From positions 1-45,072 of IMG/VR virus record IMGVR_UViG_3300038393_000428: a DNA stretch of 45,072 bases, one strand, 5' to 3'. Within the stretch, counting starts at the first letter, position 1; every line of letters starts with the position of its first letter. A model generated the notes under the pieces. That model was not told the DNA's origin. It searched no databases and saw only the letters and a program-made list of their open reading frames with translations. Of this stretch, positions 24,250 to 33,823 are shown piece after piece. Source of the DNA: a virus. Its lineage: Duplodnaviria; Caudoviricetes. The position numbers and the translations under genes were made by a program.

Positions 24250-26417
24250 TACTGTCCTTGCACTCGGTTCCAGTAGAAGCCCTCCCACTCCGCCGACACG
24301 AAGGTCGACGCGACGTGGGTGTCGTTGACCAGAGACACGACTGCCTGTGCGGCATCGCCGTAAATCTGGAACGAGTAGCTTCCGGTCTGGTAGGTGGGGC
24401 TGTTGAGCCGGAGATCGTCTCGACCGACCACCTTGCCGGTGAAGTCCGCGAGCTTGGCCGGGATCACGTCCTGCAGCGCCGGATCGAGCGCGGCCCCGTA
24501 GGGCTGCACCTCCGTGCGGAAGTAGGCAGTGTCTGAGAAGTAGATCGTCCAGGTCCGAAGCTGCAACCTTCCGGTCGTCAGCGGGCGGTTCTGGAAGTCC
24601 ACCGGGAACTGCCGCGAGAAGGTGATCTTCGTCGTGAACAGCTCGCCTGCCGTGTTCAGGGTGGTCTCATTGCCGGGGACCACCACCGACGTCGCATCGC
24701 TCCAGACGTACCCCGAAGGGTTGATCACGGAGCCCGGGCGGGTCGGGTGGGTCTTGCCACGGATGAGCCGGAAGTTGGCCTGATCGGCCACGAACGGCAG
24801 GATGAACAACGTCTTGTCGTTCACTGGATCGTAGGTCCCGGTGATCGCCACGCGGCGGTCGAGGAACACCTGAAGGTTCTGCTCGGCAGGCTTGGCCGAC
24901 GGCTCCACGTTGAGACGCTCTAGGAACACCCCTTCGGTGCCCCGGCGGATCAACAGGTAGAGGTAACCGCCGAGGTACTCCCCGCCGATCACGTCGCCCC
25001 CGAAGGTCCACTTGCGCCACGCGCTCTGGAGCTTCTGGTTGCCGTTCCAGTAGAACTGGTAGACGTACACGTCGGGAGTGCCGGTCAGCGCGAACAGCGC
25101 CTTGACGTTCTCCGCTGAGATCAGCCGCTTGAGCCCTGCCGGTATGTACCGGGGGCAATGGGCCATGATCTCCGCAGCCGAGGTCGCCTCGTTGTCGGAC
25201 AGGCGGGTGTATTCCCAGACGATGGAGGATCCACTTTGGTCCCCGCAGTAGTACGTCTCGGTGCCGATGGTGACCGGACGGACTCGAGTGTTGACCTCGT
25301 AGTGCGTCACAGGGTCGATGGAGACCGAGCTGGGCGTCATGCCCTGCTCACCGTTGGTCAGCGAGAACTGCGTCTGATCCGCCATGAGGAGGACGCCGTC
25401 GTTGTACGGCACCGCGTAGTTCAGGATCGCGACGTTGGCCGTAGCCACCGCCATGTCGATCACGTCGCTGTCGATGTAGTCGAGGACCGTCGTGCGGAAG
25501 AAGTTACCGAAGTCGCCAGCACCGCTGACAATGGCGTTCTCGTCCGACAGGAAGCCGAGCCGGTTCTGGTAGAAGAACACGTCGCGGATCGTGCGTCCGA
25601 CGAAGCTCGGGACCGGATTGGTCTCAAGGTCGCCGACGCGGCGCGGGGCCCAGCTGAAGGGCGCGAACTTGAACGTACCGTCTGCCTCGCGGATGAGCGC
25701 GTGGGGCATGGTCGCCGGATCGAGAGCGTTGGTCAGGCCGGGGCCGACCGTCTCGTCCCACACCGCCCCGTCGCGAACGACGTAGAACGAGTGGAAGCCG
25801 GTGTCGGTCGAGCCGACCACCTTGTAGAGCGCACCGTTGGATGCGGTCTCGGGGAGCTTCTCGATGCTCGGCACTTCCCCCGCCAGTGCCCCGTAGGACA
25901 CGTTGGGGTAGTACTGGATCGGAGCGCCCGCGACGAAGCCGTCGTAGTCGGGCTCGGTCGATCCGGAGGCCTTGCGGTTTAGCCACACGTGGTAGGCCGG
26001 ATCGTACTGCGTGTCGTAGCCGAGCGCGGCCATGCCGACCGGCTGGTTGATGTTCACGATGAAGGTGTAGTCGGCCACCGTGACGGCGCGGTACTCACCG
26101 TTCGCCAGATAGCCGTAGCCGTCCGGAGCGTTCACGGTGATTTGGTTGCCCGTCGCGTGTTCAAACACCTTGATGGTGCCGCCGTCGATCACGACGATGT
26201 AGCGCTCGGTCGTGTCGCGGTTGATGTGGTGGATGAAGGCGTCGTTGCTGATCGCCCCGAGGTTCTTGACGAGTTCCGTCGGGGGCCTGCGACCGAGGCC
26301 GTCGGAGATCACCGACCAAGTGTTGAGTTCGTACTCATTCTGGTCAGGCGAGCGCAGTATCGCGGGCTGCTGAGAGACACCGTTATACAGCGCGGGGAGG
26401 ACCCGCTGCCGTAGCAT
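24249..26417 (-). CDS. Tail tubular protein B (gp12-like nozzle)
   Basis: GVSQQP, HHINRD, FYQNRLGFLS, QSAWRKW, SAEWEG. Confidence 0.95.
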   Translation of the reverse strand: MLRQRVLPALYNGVSQQPAILRSPDQNEYELNTWSVISDGLGRRPPTELVKNLGAISNDAFIHHINRDTTERYIVVIDGGTIKVFEHATGNQITVNAPDGYGYLANGEYRAVTVADYTFIVNINQPVGMAALGYDTQYDPAYHVWLNRKASGSTEPDYDGFVAGAPIQYYPNVSYGALAGEVPSIEKLPETASNGALYKVVGSTDTGFHSFYVVRDGAVWDETVGPGLTNALDPATMPHALIREADGTFKFAPFSWAPRRVGDLETNPVPSFVGRTIRDVFFYQNRLGFLSDENAIVSGAGDFGNFFRTTVLDYIDSDVIDMAVATANVAILNYAVPYNDGVLLMADQTQFSLTNGEQGMTPSSVSIDPVTHYEVNTRVRPVTIGTETYYCGDQSGSSIVWEYTRLSDNEATSAAEIMAHCPRYIPAGLKRLISAENVKALFALTGTPDVYVYQFYWNGNQKLQSAWRKWTFGGDVIGGEYLGGYLYLLIRRGTEGVFLERLNVEPSAKPAEQNLQVFLDRRVAITGTYDPVNDKTLFILPFVADQANFRLIRGKTHPTRPGSVINPSGYVWSDATSVVVPGNETTLNTAGELFTTKITFSRQFPVDFQNRPLTTGRLQLRTWTIYFSDTAYFRTEVQPYGAALDPALQDVIPAKLADFTGKVVGRDDLRLNSPTYQTGSYSFQIYGDAAQAVVSLVNDTHVASTFVSAEWEGFYWNRVQGQ

Positions 26418-27019
26418 TAGTACTGGCGCGATCCGAAGCCGACGATGGAAGCCGGTCCCGTGCGGAACAGGTTCGTGTCGCGGGAGGCGCGCTCCTCACG
26501 GTCGAGAAGGACCCAAGCCACTTGCTCGTCCTCCTGCTGGTAGCGGTCGAGTATCTGCGATCCGACCACGCGGCTCTGGAACTTCCGGCCTGCCGAGGTC
26601 GCGATGTACGTCCTAGCGGTCTCCGGCATATCCTCGAAGGCGAACCCCCAGATGATCTGCACGGCCACCGGAGCGGTGAAGGTGAAGGTCTGGTTGTCCC
26701 GGTCGTAGAGCGCCATGGCGTTCTTCGTCGGGTGGCGGCGCTGAACGAGGTTCGAGCCGGTGTCCGAGGCGTCCACCTTGAGAGCCCCTTCGGGGATCAG
26801 GATTGCGCCGTCGACGTCGGGGTTGAGGGTGTAGTTGTCGTCCGTGTTCCAGTTCCAACCACGGCTCTGCACACGGCGGGAAACCTTAGTCAGCTCCGCC
26901 TTGGCGATGTTGACGTCTTGGATGCCGGTAACGGCGAGGGTGTTAACTGGGGCCTGTCCGATGCTCATCAGCATCTCGTTGACGGCGTCCAGCTCCGTCA
27001 TGACTTGGATCATGGGCAT
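26417..27019 (-). CDS. Tail tubular protein A (gp11-like adaptor)
   Basis: TELDAVNEML.SIGQAPV, VQSRGWNWN. Confidence 0.95.
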   Translation of the reverse strand: MPMIQVMTELDAVNEMLMSIGQAPVNTLAVTGIQDVNIAKAELTKVSRRVQSRGWNWNTDDNYTLNPDVDGAILIPEGALKVDASDTGSNLVQRRHPTKNAMALYDRDNQTFTFTAPVAVQIIWGFAFEDMPETARTYIATSAGRKFQSRVVGSQILDRYQQEDEQVAWVLLDREERASRDTNLFRTGPASIVGFGSRQY

Positions 27020-27035
27020 GGGAGAAGCTCCAATG

Positions 27036-27067
27036 AAAAAATAGGGGGAGCCCCGAAGGACTCCCCC
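27036..27067 (-). terminator. Intrinsic terminator after capsid gene (T-phi analogue)
   Basis: GGGGGAGTCC-TTCG-GGGCTCCCCC-TATTTTTT. Confidence 0.92.
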
Positions 27068-27076
27068 ATGGATGGC

Positions 27077-28072
27077 TTACGCAGCCGTCCGCAGCTCCAT
27101 GGCGCACTTCGAGCGCAGGGTGCGGGTGCCGGTCATCAGGCTGGCGATGAGGAGCGAGCCCTGCTTGCGCGGCTGCTCTTCGATCTGGAAGCTGACGTCG
27201 CGGACGAGCGCAGAACAAGCGGCCATCGGCGTCCAGACTGCACCAATCGTGTTGGTGTTGTCGGCCTGGTAGTACGCCGGGATGAACTTCTCGTTCGTGT
27301 TGTCGACATAGACGCCCGCAGCGTTGTTCACGCCGTAGACGTCGTTCGCGATGTTCGACTTCAGGACGCGGATGTCGTCAATGGTGTCGAGCTGCATCGA
27401 GCGGATGCTCGGGCCCGAACCATTGTCGCCAGCGCCGTTCGTCTGACGGTTCAGGTTCCGGTCGGTGCGCGCAACGAGATACCACTGCGCCGCCTTCAGG
27501 AGGCCGTAGACCTGCTGCGAGTTGATCGGAACGTCCTTCTCGTCCATCGCCTGCTTGGAAGCAGACAGGGCGTCGATGAGGGCGTCACCGTCGGTCGCGA
27601 GGGTCGCGCCGATGATCTGACCGCCGCCCTGATCGCCCGAGAAGAGCGCGCCGCTGCGAGCGGCCTTCAGGATCACGCGGAGGATGTTCGCGTCGTAGTG
27701 ACGAGCGAGGAACTCGCCCATTTCCTTGGTGTACGGCGAACGGATGTCGTAGTGGTTGAGCAGTTCGTCGACGTCAGCCACGAACACGTCGGAGACGAGC
27801 TTGTCGTCCGGATCGACCGTGATCTCGGTGTGCTTGATCTGACGGCCCGTCAGCTCGACGCCCGGGGTGTGATAGCCACCACCGGCCTTCCAGATCGCCG
27901 GGAACTTGAAGCTCTTGCCCTTGGCGAGAGTCTTGGTCTGGTGCTTGTCGCGAAGCTGCGTCGCCGTCTCGAACGCCGAGATGATCTCGCCGCCGAACAG
28001 GTCGAGCATCAGTGCGCGAGGATCGGCACCAAGCTGGTCCGCGCCGGGGCGCGAAGGAGTGCTGTTGGACAC
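27077..28072 (-). CDS. Major capsid protein (gp10-like)
   Basis: LDLFGGEI, GKSFKFP, YDIRSPYTKEMG, GTRTLR. Confidence 0.95.
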   Translation of the reverse strand: MSNSTPSRPGADQLGADPRALMLDLFGGEIISAFETATQLRDKHQTKTLAKGKSFKFPAIWKAGGGYHTPGVELTGRQIKHTEITVDPDDKLVSDVFVADVDELLNHYDIRSPYTKEMGEFLARHYDANILRVILKAARSGALFSGDQGGGQIIGATLATDGDALIDALSASKQAMDEKDVPINSQQVYGLLKAAQWYLVARTDRNLNRQTNGAGDNGSGPSIRSMQLDTIDDIRVLKSNIANDVYGVNNAAGVYVDNTNEKFIPAYYQADNTNTIGAVWTPMAACSALVRDVSFQIEEQPRKQGSLLIASLMTGTRTLRSKCAMELRTAA

Positions 28073-28084
28073 TGTCTTACTTTC

Positions 28085-28350
28085 TGAGGATGGGTTGGAA
28101 CGTAGGTTGCAACCGTCGCCGCAAGGCCCATCGCGCTCCGGTTATCCCCGTAGGGGCCGTAGGGACTGGGTTATCTCTTGGGTCTGGGGTCGAGCCCCCT
28201 CACGGGGGCCCTGCCGCTCCTCGGGGATCAATCCGAGGGGGTGCGTTGGGTCGTCGTACTGGGGGTCCGGTTGATCCTCCGGTTCCCTTTCAGATGACCC
28301 TTCGCGGGGGACGGCCAGCTCGTACCCCTTGGTTCGGGCAGAGGAGCTGG
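28085..28350 (-). ncRNA. Candidate structured RNA between scaffold and capsid genes
   Basis: Several hairpins with GUGA and cUACGg tetraloops; two loops are complementary (GGAUCAA/UUGAUCC). Confidence 0.6.
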
Positions 28351-28361
28351 GCTTATGTTGG

Positions 28362-29252
28362 TTAGTTCGAGAGGACTTGCTTCTCGAACAGACCGCGCTT
28401 GACCACGGAGAAGCCGCTCTGCTGTGAGCGGGCGAGCTTCTGCATCACTTGGTCACGGAAGGCCGGATCGCTTGCGTAGCGAGGGTCCTTCTGGTCGGCG
28501 GTGAGCTGGTCGCGGGACGTGTAGACGTCGCCGCCAGCAGCCTGACCACCTGTCGGTACAATCATTGAGCCCTCCGAGGGACGTGCCTTCTCGAAGCGGG
28601 CGTAGAGTCCGGTGATCGCGTTCTCGCGCAGATCGGCGTTGTCGAGCGCGCTGTTGAACGCATCCAGCTCCTTGTCGGAGAGGTGCTGTCCAGCCCACGC
28701 GGCCATCGCCTTGTAGTTCTCCTCGCCACCCACGTAGCCGTGGATCGTCTGGAGCTGCTGTGCGGTCTGCGCCTTCACGCCCTCGATGTAGAGGTTGAAC
28801 ACCTCACGGGGGATGCCGGCATCTTCGAGAGCCTTGACGGTCTCGTCAGAGACCTCCTGCTTCTCGGCCCACTCGTTACGAGCGGTTTCCATGGCAGTCG
28901 CCAACGGGGAAGCCGCAGGGGCTTCCGTCGGGGTTTCCTGCGTCTTTTCGATCTTGCCGTCGGCCTTGACCTCAGCCGTCGGGGTTTCCGCTGGCTTCTC
29001 CTCGGTCGCTGCCGGGGCCTGAGAGCGAGACTTCTCCAGCTCGCTGTAGCTCTTCGCCATCGCCTCGACGTCGACCTTGCCGTCCTTCCAGAACTTCTCC
29101 GGAATGTGGTCGGGGCGCTGCGGTCCCGTCGGTGCGGGCGTGAAATCGTTTGTCGGCTCGCTCAAGCCGCGCTGGCCGACCTCGATGGAGGCCTGCTCAG
29201 TGGGTGACAGGGCGGGAGTTTCCTCGCCGCCCTGCGTGTTTTCTTCAGCCAC
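28362..29252 (-). CDS. Capsid scaffolding protein (gp9-like)
   Basis: PEKF, KSYSELEK, VGGEENY..MAAWA, DPRYASDPAFR. Confidence 0.93.
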   Translation of the reverse strand: MAEENTQGGEETPALSPTEQASIEVGQRGLSEPTNDFTPAPTGPQRPDHIPEKFWKDGKVDVEAMAKSYSELEKSRSQAPAATEEKPAETPTAEVKADGKIEKTQETPTEAPAASPLATAMETARNEWAEKQEVSDETVKALEDAGIPREVFNLYIEGVKAQTAQQLQTIHGYVGGEENYKAMAAWAGQHLSDKELDAFNSALDNADLRENAITGLYARFEKARPSEGSMIVPTGGQAAGGDVYTSRDQLTADQKDPRYASDPAFRDQVMQKLARSQQSGFSVVKRGLFEKQVLSN

Positions 29253-29258
29253 AGGTGC

Positions 29259-29459
29259 TTACTTGAAGTTCACCTGGACGAGACCCTTGAGGAGTTCCAT
29301 CTCCTCGCGCTCGACAGGCACTTCGACGACTTCAGTCGCGTTGGTGTTGTCGACGATCTCGAACTTGTTGTTGTGGACGACCTCGACAGTCGCCTTCGCC
29401 TTAGGCGCTGGCGCTGGCTTGGGAGCCGGGGCCGGAGCCGTCTTGGTTTCATCAGCCAT
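29259..29459 (-). CDS. Small hypothetical protein between portal and scaffold
   Basis: TAATG coupling to portal; AGGAG RBS. Confidence 0.75.
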   Translation of the reverse strand: MADETKTAPAPAPKPAPAPKAKATVEVVHNNKFEIVDNTNATEVVEVPVEREEMELLKGLVQVNFK

Positions 29460-31069
29460 TACTGGGCTGCTCCTTGCTGCGGAGGTGCCGCTTCAGCGGG
29501 ACCGTCCTTGTTGACCGCATCCATCGCCCCTTTGGCGAGCTGCGGGACCGCCGACATTGCGGCAGCGTTGGTCATGTCAGCCTGCTTCTCAGCGGACTGC
29601 TGATCCTGCGACTTGATCAGGGTCTGCGGGCTCTCGATCCCGTAGGAGTCGGCGAAGCGCTTACCCACCTCAGTCGGGTCGGTGATCTGCGCCACGATCT
29701 GAGGACCGTAGATGTTGATCATGTCGGTCATCCACGCCCGTAGCTTGTTCGCGCTGTGGGTGCGGCCCATCGCCTCGAAGCCGGTCACAATGGACGGCTG
29801 GATGGTCTTGGGCAGCTCGGGGACCTGATTGTTGCGGATCAGGATGTATAGGAGACGCCGAACGAGCGGCAGCTGGAACTCAGCGGAAAGGACGGTGTAG
29901 ACACCGCCAAGGATGTTCTCCAGCTCCTCGGCCATCGCACGGATTTCTTCGGCGGTGACACGCTCTGCATCGCGGACGGTGCCCGCCTGCAGGAGGAACG
30001 CTTGGGACAGCCGTAGCTCAATCCGTTGCGCCACGCTGTCAGCGATCTGGAAGTCCTGAGACTTCTCCAGCTGGTTGGTGGTGACCTTGTCGCCGTAGCC
30101 GGTCAGATAGTCACCGCTTTCAGCCGCGTTCAGCTCTTCGACGTCCACCATCGAGTTGGGGTCGACGAAGTGGATGATCCGAGAGGCCACCGCAGCGAAC
30201 TGGATGATCGCCTTGTTGAGGTCCTCAAGCGACATGAGGTCGCCGATGTACTCAGAGACGTGAGCCCTACCCCAATCGGAGCCGGGGACCGCCTTCCAGC
30301 GGAGCGCCATCCATCCCGCCTGCTGATACGGCGCAGTGCCGTTCGAGCCGGGGACGAGCTTGGAGTTGATCTCCTGGTAGTGGTCGAGGTTGTCGCCGTT
30401 GCGCTTGATGTGCGTGTACAGCTCGACGAGCTTCTCGTTCTCCTTCCCCGGCTCCACTTGGACGCCACAGGCTTGGAGGACCGAGGGATCGAGCGAGGAG
30501 GCGTAGACCTTCTCAAGGACCACCGCTTCCAACAGATCACCGTTGTTGTCCCGTAGGAGAACGTACTGGTCGATCCGGTACATGCGTGGGGGCCCACCAT
30601 CGAGCGGGAAGTAGACCAGCGCGTTGCCAGCCACGATCAGGTGGACGAGAGCCTCCATGAACACCGGACGGCTTGCGCTCGTCTCGATCAGGAGGGACGC
30701 CTTGTTGCTGATCTTCGAGAGACCCAGCTGGACCGTCGTGAGGTCACCCGCGAGGTCCGTGGCGACGTCCTCGTCGATGTTCAGCCGGAACATGGACTGA
30801 TCAGGCGGGAAGAGCGTGATCAGCAGTCGGCTGGCGAGGTTGTTCACCGCCCGAGCGCCAAGGCTCTGGTACGGCTGTGAGTAGGAGGTGTTGTCGTTCT
30901 GACCTTCAACCGGCACCAAGCCGGGGATCGTCAGGTCCGAGTTCGAGCGCGCACGGGTTAGAGCCGTGTTGCGCGACATGGTGAGCTGGCCGTAGCGGGA
31001 CTTCGCCATCGGCACCAGCGGACCCGAACCCGCTGCCGTCTTAACGGCAGGAGTGGCTGGTTTCGCCAA
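29459..31069 (-). CDS. Portal (head-tail connector, gp8-like)
   Basis: PYQSLGARAVNNLAS, RDAERVTAEEIR, LGGVY. Confidence 0.96.
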   Translation of the reverse strand: MAKPATPAVKTAAGSGPLVPMAKSRYGQLTMSRNTALTRARSNSDLTIPGLVPVEGQNDNTSYSQPYQSLGARAVNNLASRLLITLFPPDQSMFRLNIDEDVATDLAGDLTTVQLGLSKISNKASLLIETSASRPVFMEALVHLIVAGNALVYFPLDGGPPRMYRIDQYVLLRDNNGDLLEAVVLEKVYASSLDPSVLQACGVQVEPGKENEKLVELYTHIKRNGDNLDHYQEINSKLVPGSNGTAPYQQAGWMALRWKAVPGSDWGRAHVSEYIGDLMSLEDLNKAIIQFAAVASRIIHFVDPNSMVDVEELNAAESGDYLTGYGDKVTTNQLEKSQDFQIADSVAQRIELRLSQAFLLQAGTVRDAERVTAEEIRAMAEELENILGGVYTVLSAEFQLPLVRRLLYILIRNNQVPELPKTIQPSIVTGFEAMGRTHSANKLRAWMTDMINIYGPQIVAQITDPTEVGKRFADSYGIESPQTLIKSQDQQSAEKQADMTNAAAMSAVPQLAKGAMDAVNKDGPAEAAPPQQGAAQ

Positions 31070-31081
31070 GGGCGTGGTTCC

Positions 31082-31402
31082 TTAGAAGCGGTTGAGACGC
31101 CCGATGCGCCCGACGCCACCGCCGCCGAAGCCGCCGAAGCTGTCGGGGTTCGGGAAGGCAGTACTGCCGGGGGTCGGCTGGGCCGGATAAGTCGGGGTCG
31201 GATAAGTCGGGGTCGGAGCTACGACGGGGGGAGGCGTAGCGCCTGCAACCCCCGTCCGCTCGATCCGGAGGGCGGAGCGACCCGTCCGGAGAGACTTCAT
31301 TGTCGGGTCAACGCCGTCGAGGAACGGATTGCGAATGATCGCAGGGTCCTTCTCCTTCGTCGTGGACGACGTATTGACCTTCGGGGTCTTAACGATGCAC
31401 AC
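31082..31402 (-). CDS. gp7.3-like virion protein with Pro/Thr-rich tail
   Basis: MCIVKTPK start (GTG), GRSALRI motif, position before portal. Confidence 0.75.
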   Translation of the reverse strand: MCIVKTPKVNTSSTTKEKDPAIIRNPFLDGVDPTMKSLRTGRSALRIERTGVAGATPPPVVAPTPTYPTPTYPAQPTPGSTAFPNPDSFGGFGGGGVGRIGRLNRF

Positions 31403-31592
31403 GGCTGTTCCTCTTGGGTTGAGCTGGGGCCCGTCGCTCAAAGTCGCGGGCGTGGATGAGCTGGAGGACAAGCTCGCGCTTGCCGACGTAGCGGTTGTAG
31501 TCCTCCATGGTCTCGCCCTTCTCGGGGAGACGCTCGGGGACACACCGGATGATTTCTTCGAGCAGATCGCTGCTGCCCGCTTGCCACTTCAT
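31389..31592 (-). CDS. Small conserved-position protein at the start of the late region
   Basis: AGGAG RBS; YVGKRELV motif. Confidence 0.7.
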   Translation of the reverse strand: MKWQAGSSDLLEEIIRCVPERLPEKGETMEDYNRYVGKRELVLQLIHARDFERRAPAQPKRNSRVHR

Positions 31593-31607
31593 GCGGGCGC
31601 GCTCCTG

Positions 31608-31674
31608 AAAAAATAGGGGGCCGCTCCAGCACCAGCTCCAGCCAGAACGGCGAGCCAGGATGCGAGCGGCCCCC
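31608..31674 (-). terminator. Long hairpin with U-tract in the late leader (terminator or RNase III site)
   Basis: GGGGGCCGCTC...GAGCGGCCCCC-TATTTTTT. Confidence 0.7.
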
Positions 31675-31741
31675 TTTGGGTGCCTATATTTGAGAGGAGT
31701 GGATCCCGGGACCGAAGAGGCCGAGTCCTTAGGAATGTTCT

Positions 31742-31764
31742 CTCTCCGAGGGTGGGGGTTAATT
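31742..31764 (-). promoter_or_regulatory. Late phage promoter (AATTAACCCCCACCCTCGGAGAG)
   Basis: Motif copy heading the structural operon; overlaps the exonuclease stop. Confidence 0.9.
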
Positions 31765-32601
31765 GCCCCCCTCGAACTGAAGCATCGTCGGGGCCCAGCG
31801 GATGATCCGCGTCCCGTCCATATCGGAGTGCTTCAAGATGCGGGCACAGTTGACCTGAACGACTGCATCAGTCTCGCTCAGTCCAGCCTTCTCGTAGGCC
31901 GATACGATAGCCGCCCAGCGGCTCATTGGTTTGACCCTCCATCGGGTCTCTGCCGTCCCCTTTCTGGGGCCGCTGCGGACTTCGTGGGAGTAGGACTCCC
32001 ACCCCTGCCCTGCGAGCAGCTTCTCAGCTGCTGCGGGTCCGCTGCTGGGTAACCCCGGGTAGCCGTCGGTCTGATCGCCGCAGATCGCCTGCCAGAGCAT
32101 GAACCTTTCGGCCTGCTCGGGGGTGATCCGCCTGATCTTCAGCTCGGGCTTGTTGGGGTTGTAGAGGGGCGCGGGGATCGTCTGCATATCCTTGTCGGCA
32201 GAGACGATGACCCGCTCACCTTCGTGGGGCTCGGTGGCGAGGATGCCCATGACGTCGTCGGCCTCCATCAGGGGGCGCAGCTCCGTCTTGAACTCCGTAC
32301 CGAACCATTCCTTCAGATCGTAGAGGTGTTCCGGTCGGACTGACGCCTTCCGGTTCGACTTGTACTCAGGGTAGACGATCTCCTTCCGGAAGTTCCGGAA
32401 GTCGTCGGAGAGGCAGATGATCACGTCATCCGCCTTGAGCTTGGTAACGAGGTGATCGACGGTCTCTCGAGCTGCCTGTTTGGCCGCGTCGAAGTCGGCG
32501 GTGTGGGACGTGATCCCGTCACCCCAATCGATGTTCATCTCGTTCGACGCGCTGCACTGGTATGCGATGATGTCCGCGTCGATCAGGAGCGTTCGGCTCA
32601 C
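31759..32601 (-). CDS. 5'-3' exonuclease (gp6-like)
   Basis: LLIDAD, YKSNRK, EADDVMG, SADKD, GDQTDGYPG. Confidence 0.93.
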   Translation of the reverse strand: MSRTLLIDADIIAYQCSASNEMNIDWGDGITSHTADFDAAKQAARETVDHLVTKLKADDVIICLSDDFRNFRKEIVYPEYKSNRKASVRPEHLYDLKEWFGTEFKTELRPLMEADDVMGILATEPHEGERVIVSADKDMQTIPAPLYNPNKPELKIRRITPEQAERFMLWQAICGDQTDGYPGLPSSGPAAAEKLLAGQGWESYSHEVRSGPRKGTAETRWRVKPMSRWAAIVSAYEKAGLSETDAVVQVNCARILKHSDMDGTRIIRWAPTMLQFEGGN

Positions 32602-32765
32602 GCTCGGTGACACTCCATCGAAGCGCGGTTGTACCGCAGGGCTGTCGGGTCGCACTTCAGCACCGGCACGATCACCGGCTGGCACTGAAGCCGAACGTCT
32701 GCCGCCACGGCGGGTCCGATGGAGGCAACCGCTAGCCCTGCGAGGAAGCAGAGAGCGCGGCTCAC
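32598..32765 (-). CDS. Small protein with signal-peptide-like N-terminus (55 aa)
   Basis: GTGA coupling; hydrophobic leader ending AVA-A. Confidence 0.6.
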   Translation of the reverse strand: MSRALCFLAGLAVASIGPAVAADVRLQCQPVIVPVLKCDPTALRYNRASMECHRA

Positions 32766-33019
32766 CAGACGTACCTCGGGCGGGTCGCCCAGTGCTTGAG
32801 CGCCTGCCACACGGTCTTGCCGTCGAACAGGCGGCGAAGGGTGTACTGGCGACCGACCGAGATCACCGTGAAGGCGAACCCGACGACGAACGCGGCACCC
32901 ATCGAAACGGGGACGCCGAGAACGAGAGGCAGGATCACCATGTTCGCGACTTGGGAGATCGCGAGGCCAATGGCAGTGTTGGTCAGGGCCTCCATAAGGC
33001 TGTCGATGCGGCTCTGCAT
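32762..33019 (-). CDS. Two-helix phage membrane protein (MQSRIDSLMEALTN...)
   Basis: Two hydrophobic helices, RQY..RRLF end. Confidence 0.78.
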   Translation of the reverse strand: MQSRIDSLMEALTNTAIGLAISQVANMVILPLVLGVPVSMGAAFVVGFAFTVISVGRQYTLRRLFDGKTVWQALKHWATRPRYVW

Positions 33020-33267
33020 CAGCTCACCGGGGCGTCTACTTGGGGACCGTGGTCCTTCCCGTCCGACCACTTGGTGCAGACGGTCTTGGAGGCGGATATC
33101 GCGCCCATCATCTTGGAGCCGGTCATGGCGTACATCGCGAGGCCGCTGGCGACGTCCAGTTCGTCATGGCTCTGGATGCAGTGGTATGGGGGCGGCGGCG
33201 GAGGCGTCGGCATGTCGCAGGCCGCGAGGGGCAGTGCGAGGGCTGCGAGTGCGAGTAGCTTCTTCAC
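33019..33267 (-). CDS. Lipoprotein (MKKLLALAALALPLAAC)
   Basis: Lipobox LAAC, poly-Pro linker. Confidence 0.78.
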   Translation of the reverse strand: MKKLLALAALALPLAACDMPTPPPPPPYHCIQSHDELDVASGLAMYAMTGSKMMGAISASKTVCTKWSDGKDHGPQVDAPVS

Positions 33268-33566
33268 TTGGCTGCTCCCGGGCATGGGTTGTTGTTGGCG
33301 GCGCGCAGGCGGGTGTTCTCCGCCATGAGCCGACGGCGATCCGACAGGGCCGTCTTGGTCAGGTCGAAGATGCCCGAGCCCTTCGGCGCGGTGAGGCGCT
33401 GGCTGGCAGGGACTTGCTCGATCTCACAGGCGACCGGCACGGCCACCTTGGCGACCACCGGGGGACCGGCGATTTCCTTGGTGTTGGTGCAGCCGACGAG
33501 GGCCACGCTGAAGGTCATCAGCAGGAGGCCGTGGCGCATCCACCACAGGCGTAGGGTGTTCTTCAC
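33264..33566 (-). CDS. Rz1-like outer-membrane spanin lipoprotein
   Basis: Lipobox LVGC, VAVPVAC, C-terminal helix and Cys. Confidence 0.75.
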   Translation of the reverse strand: MKNTLRLWWMRHGLLLMTFSVALVGCTNTKEIAGPPVVAKVAVPVACEIEQVPASQRLTAPKGSGIFDLTKTALSDRRRLMAENTRLRAANNNPCPGAAK

Positions 33567-33823
33567 TGTGGCATCTCCACGTTGAACGGGGTGAGGAAGG
33601 CGGCTTCGCGCTCGATCAGGAGCGACAGGAGCGCATCGACCTCGGTGGAGATCAGCGGGAACTCCCGCACTGCGCCCTTGTACGAGATCGACAGGAGCCC
33701 GCCGCCGTGTTCGGTCTTGAGGGCCTCACGGTAGCGGTTCATGCGACCGGCAGAGCTGCCGAGCTTGATCGCTTCGAGGAGCGTGATGGGTTCACGCTCT
33801 GGCTGGATTGCTGGAAGGCTCAC
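33563..33823 (-). CDS. Hypothetical protein between the spanin genes (86 aa)
   Basis: GTGA coupling at both ends, AGGAGG RBS. Confidence 0.7.
   Translation of the reverse strand: MSLPAIQPEREPITLLEAIKLGSSAGRMNRYREALKTEHGGGLLSISYKGAVREFPLISTEVDALLSLLIEREAAFLTPFNVEMPQ

Noticed and set aside
27068-27110. T7 gp10B-like capsid frameshift
   Set aside because: No slippery site seen, and a terminator follows the stop directly
31184-31217. 15-nt tandem repeat
   Set aside because: Encodes a PTPTY low-complexity linker only
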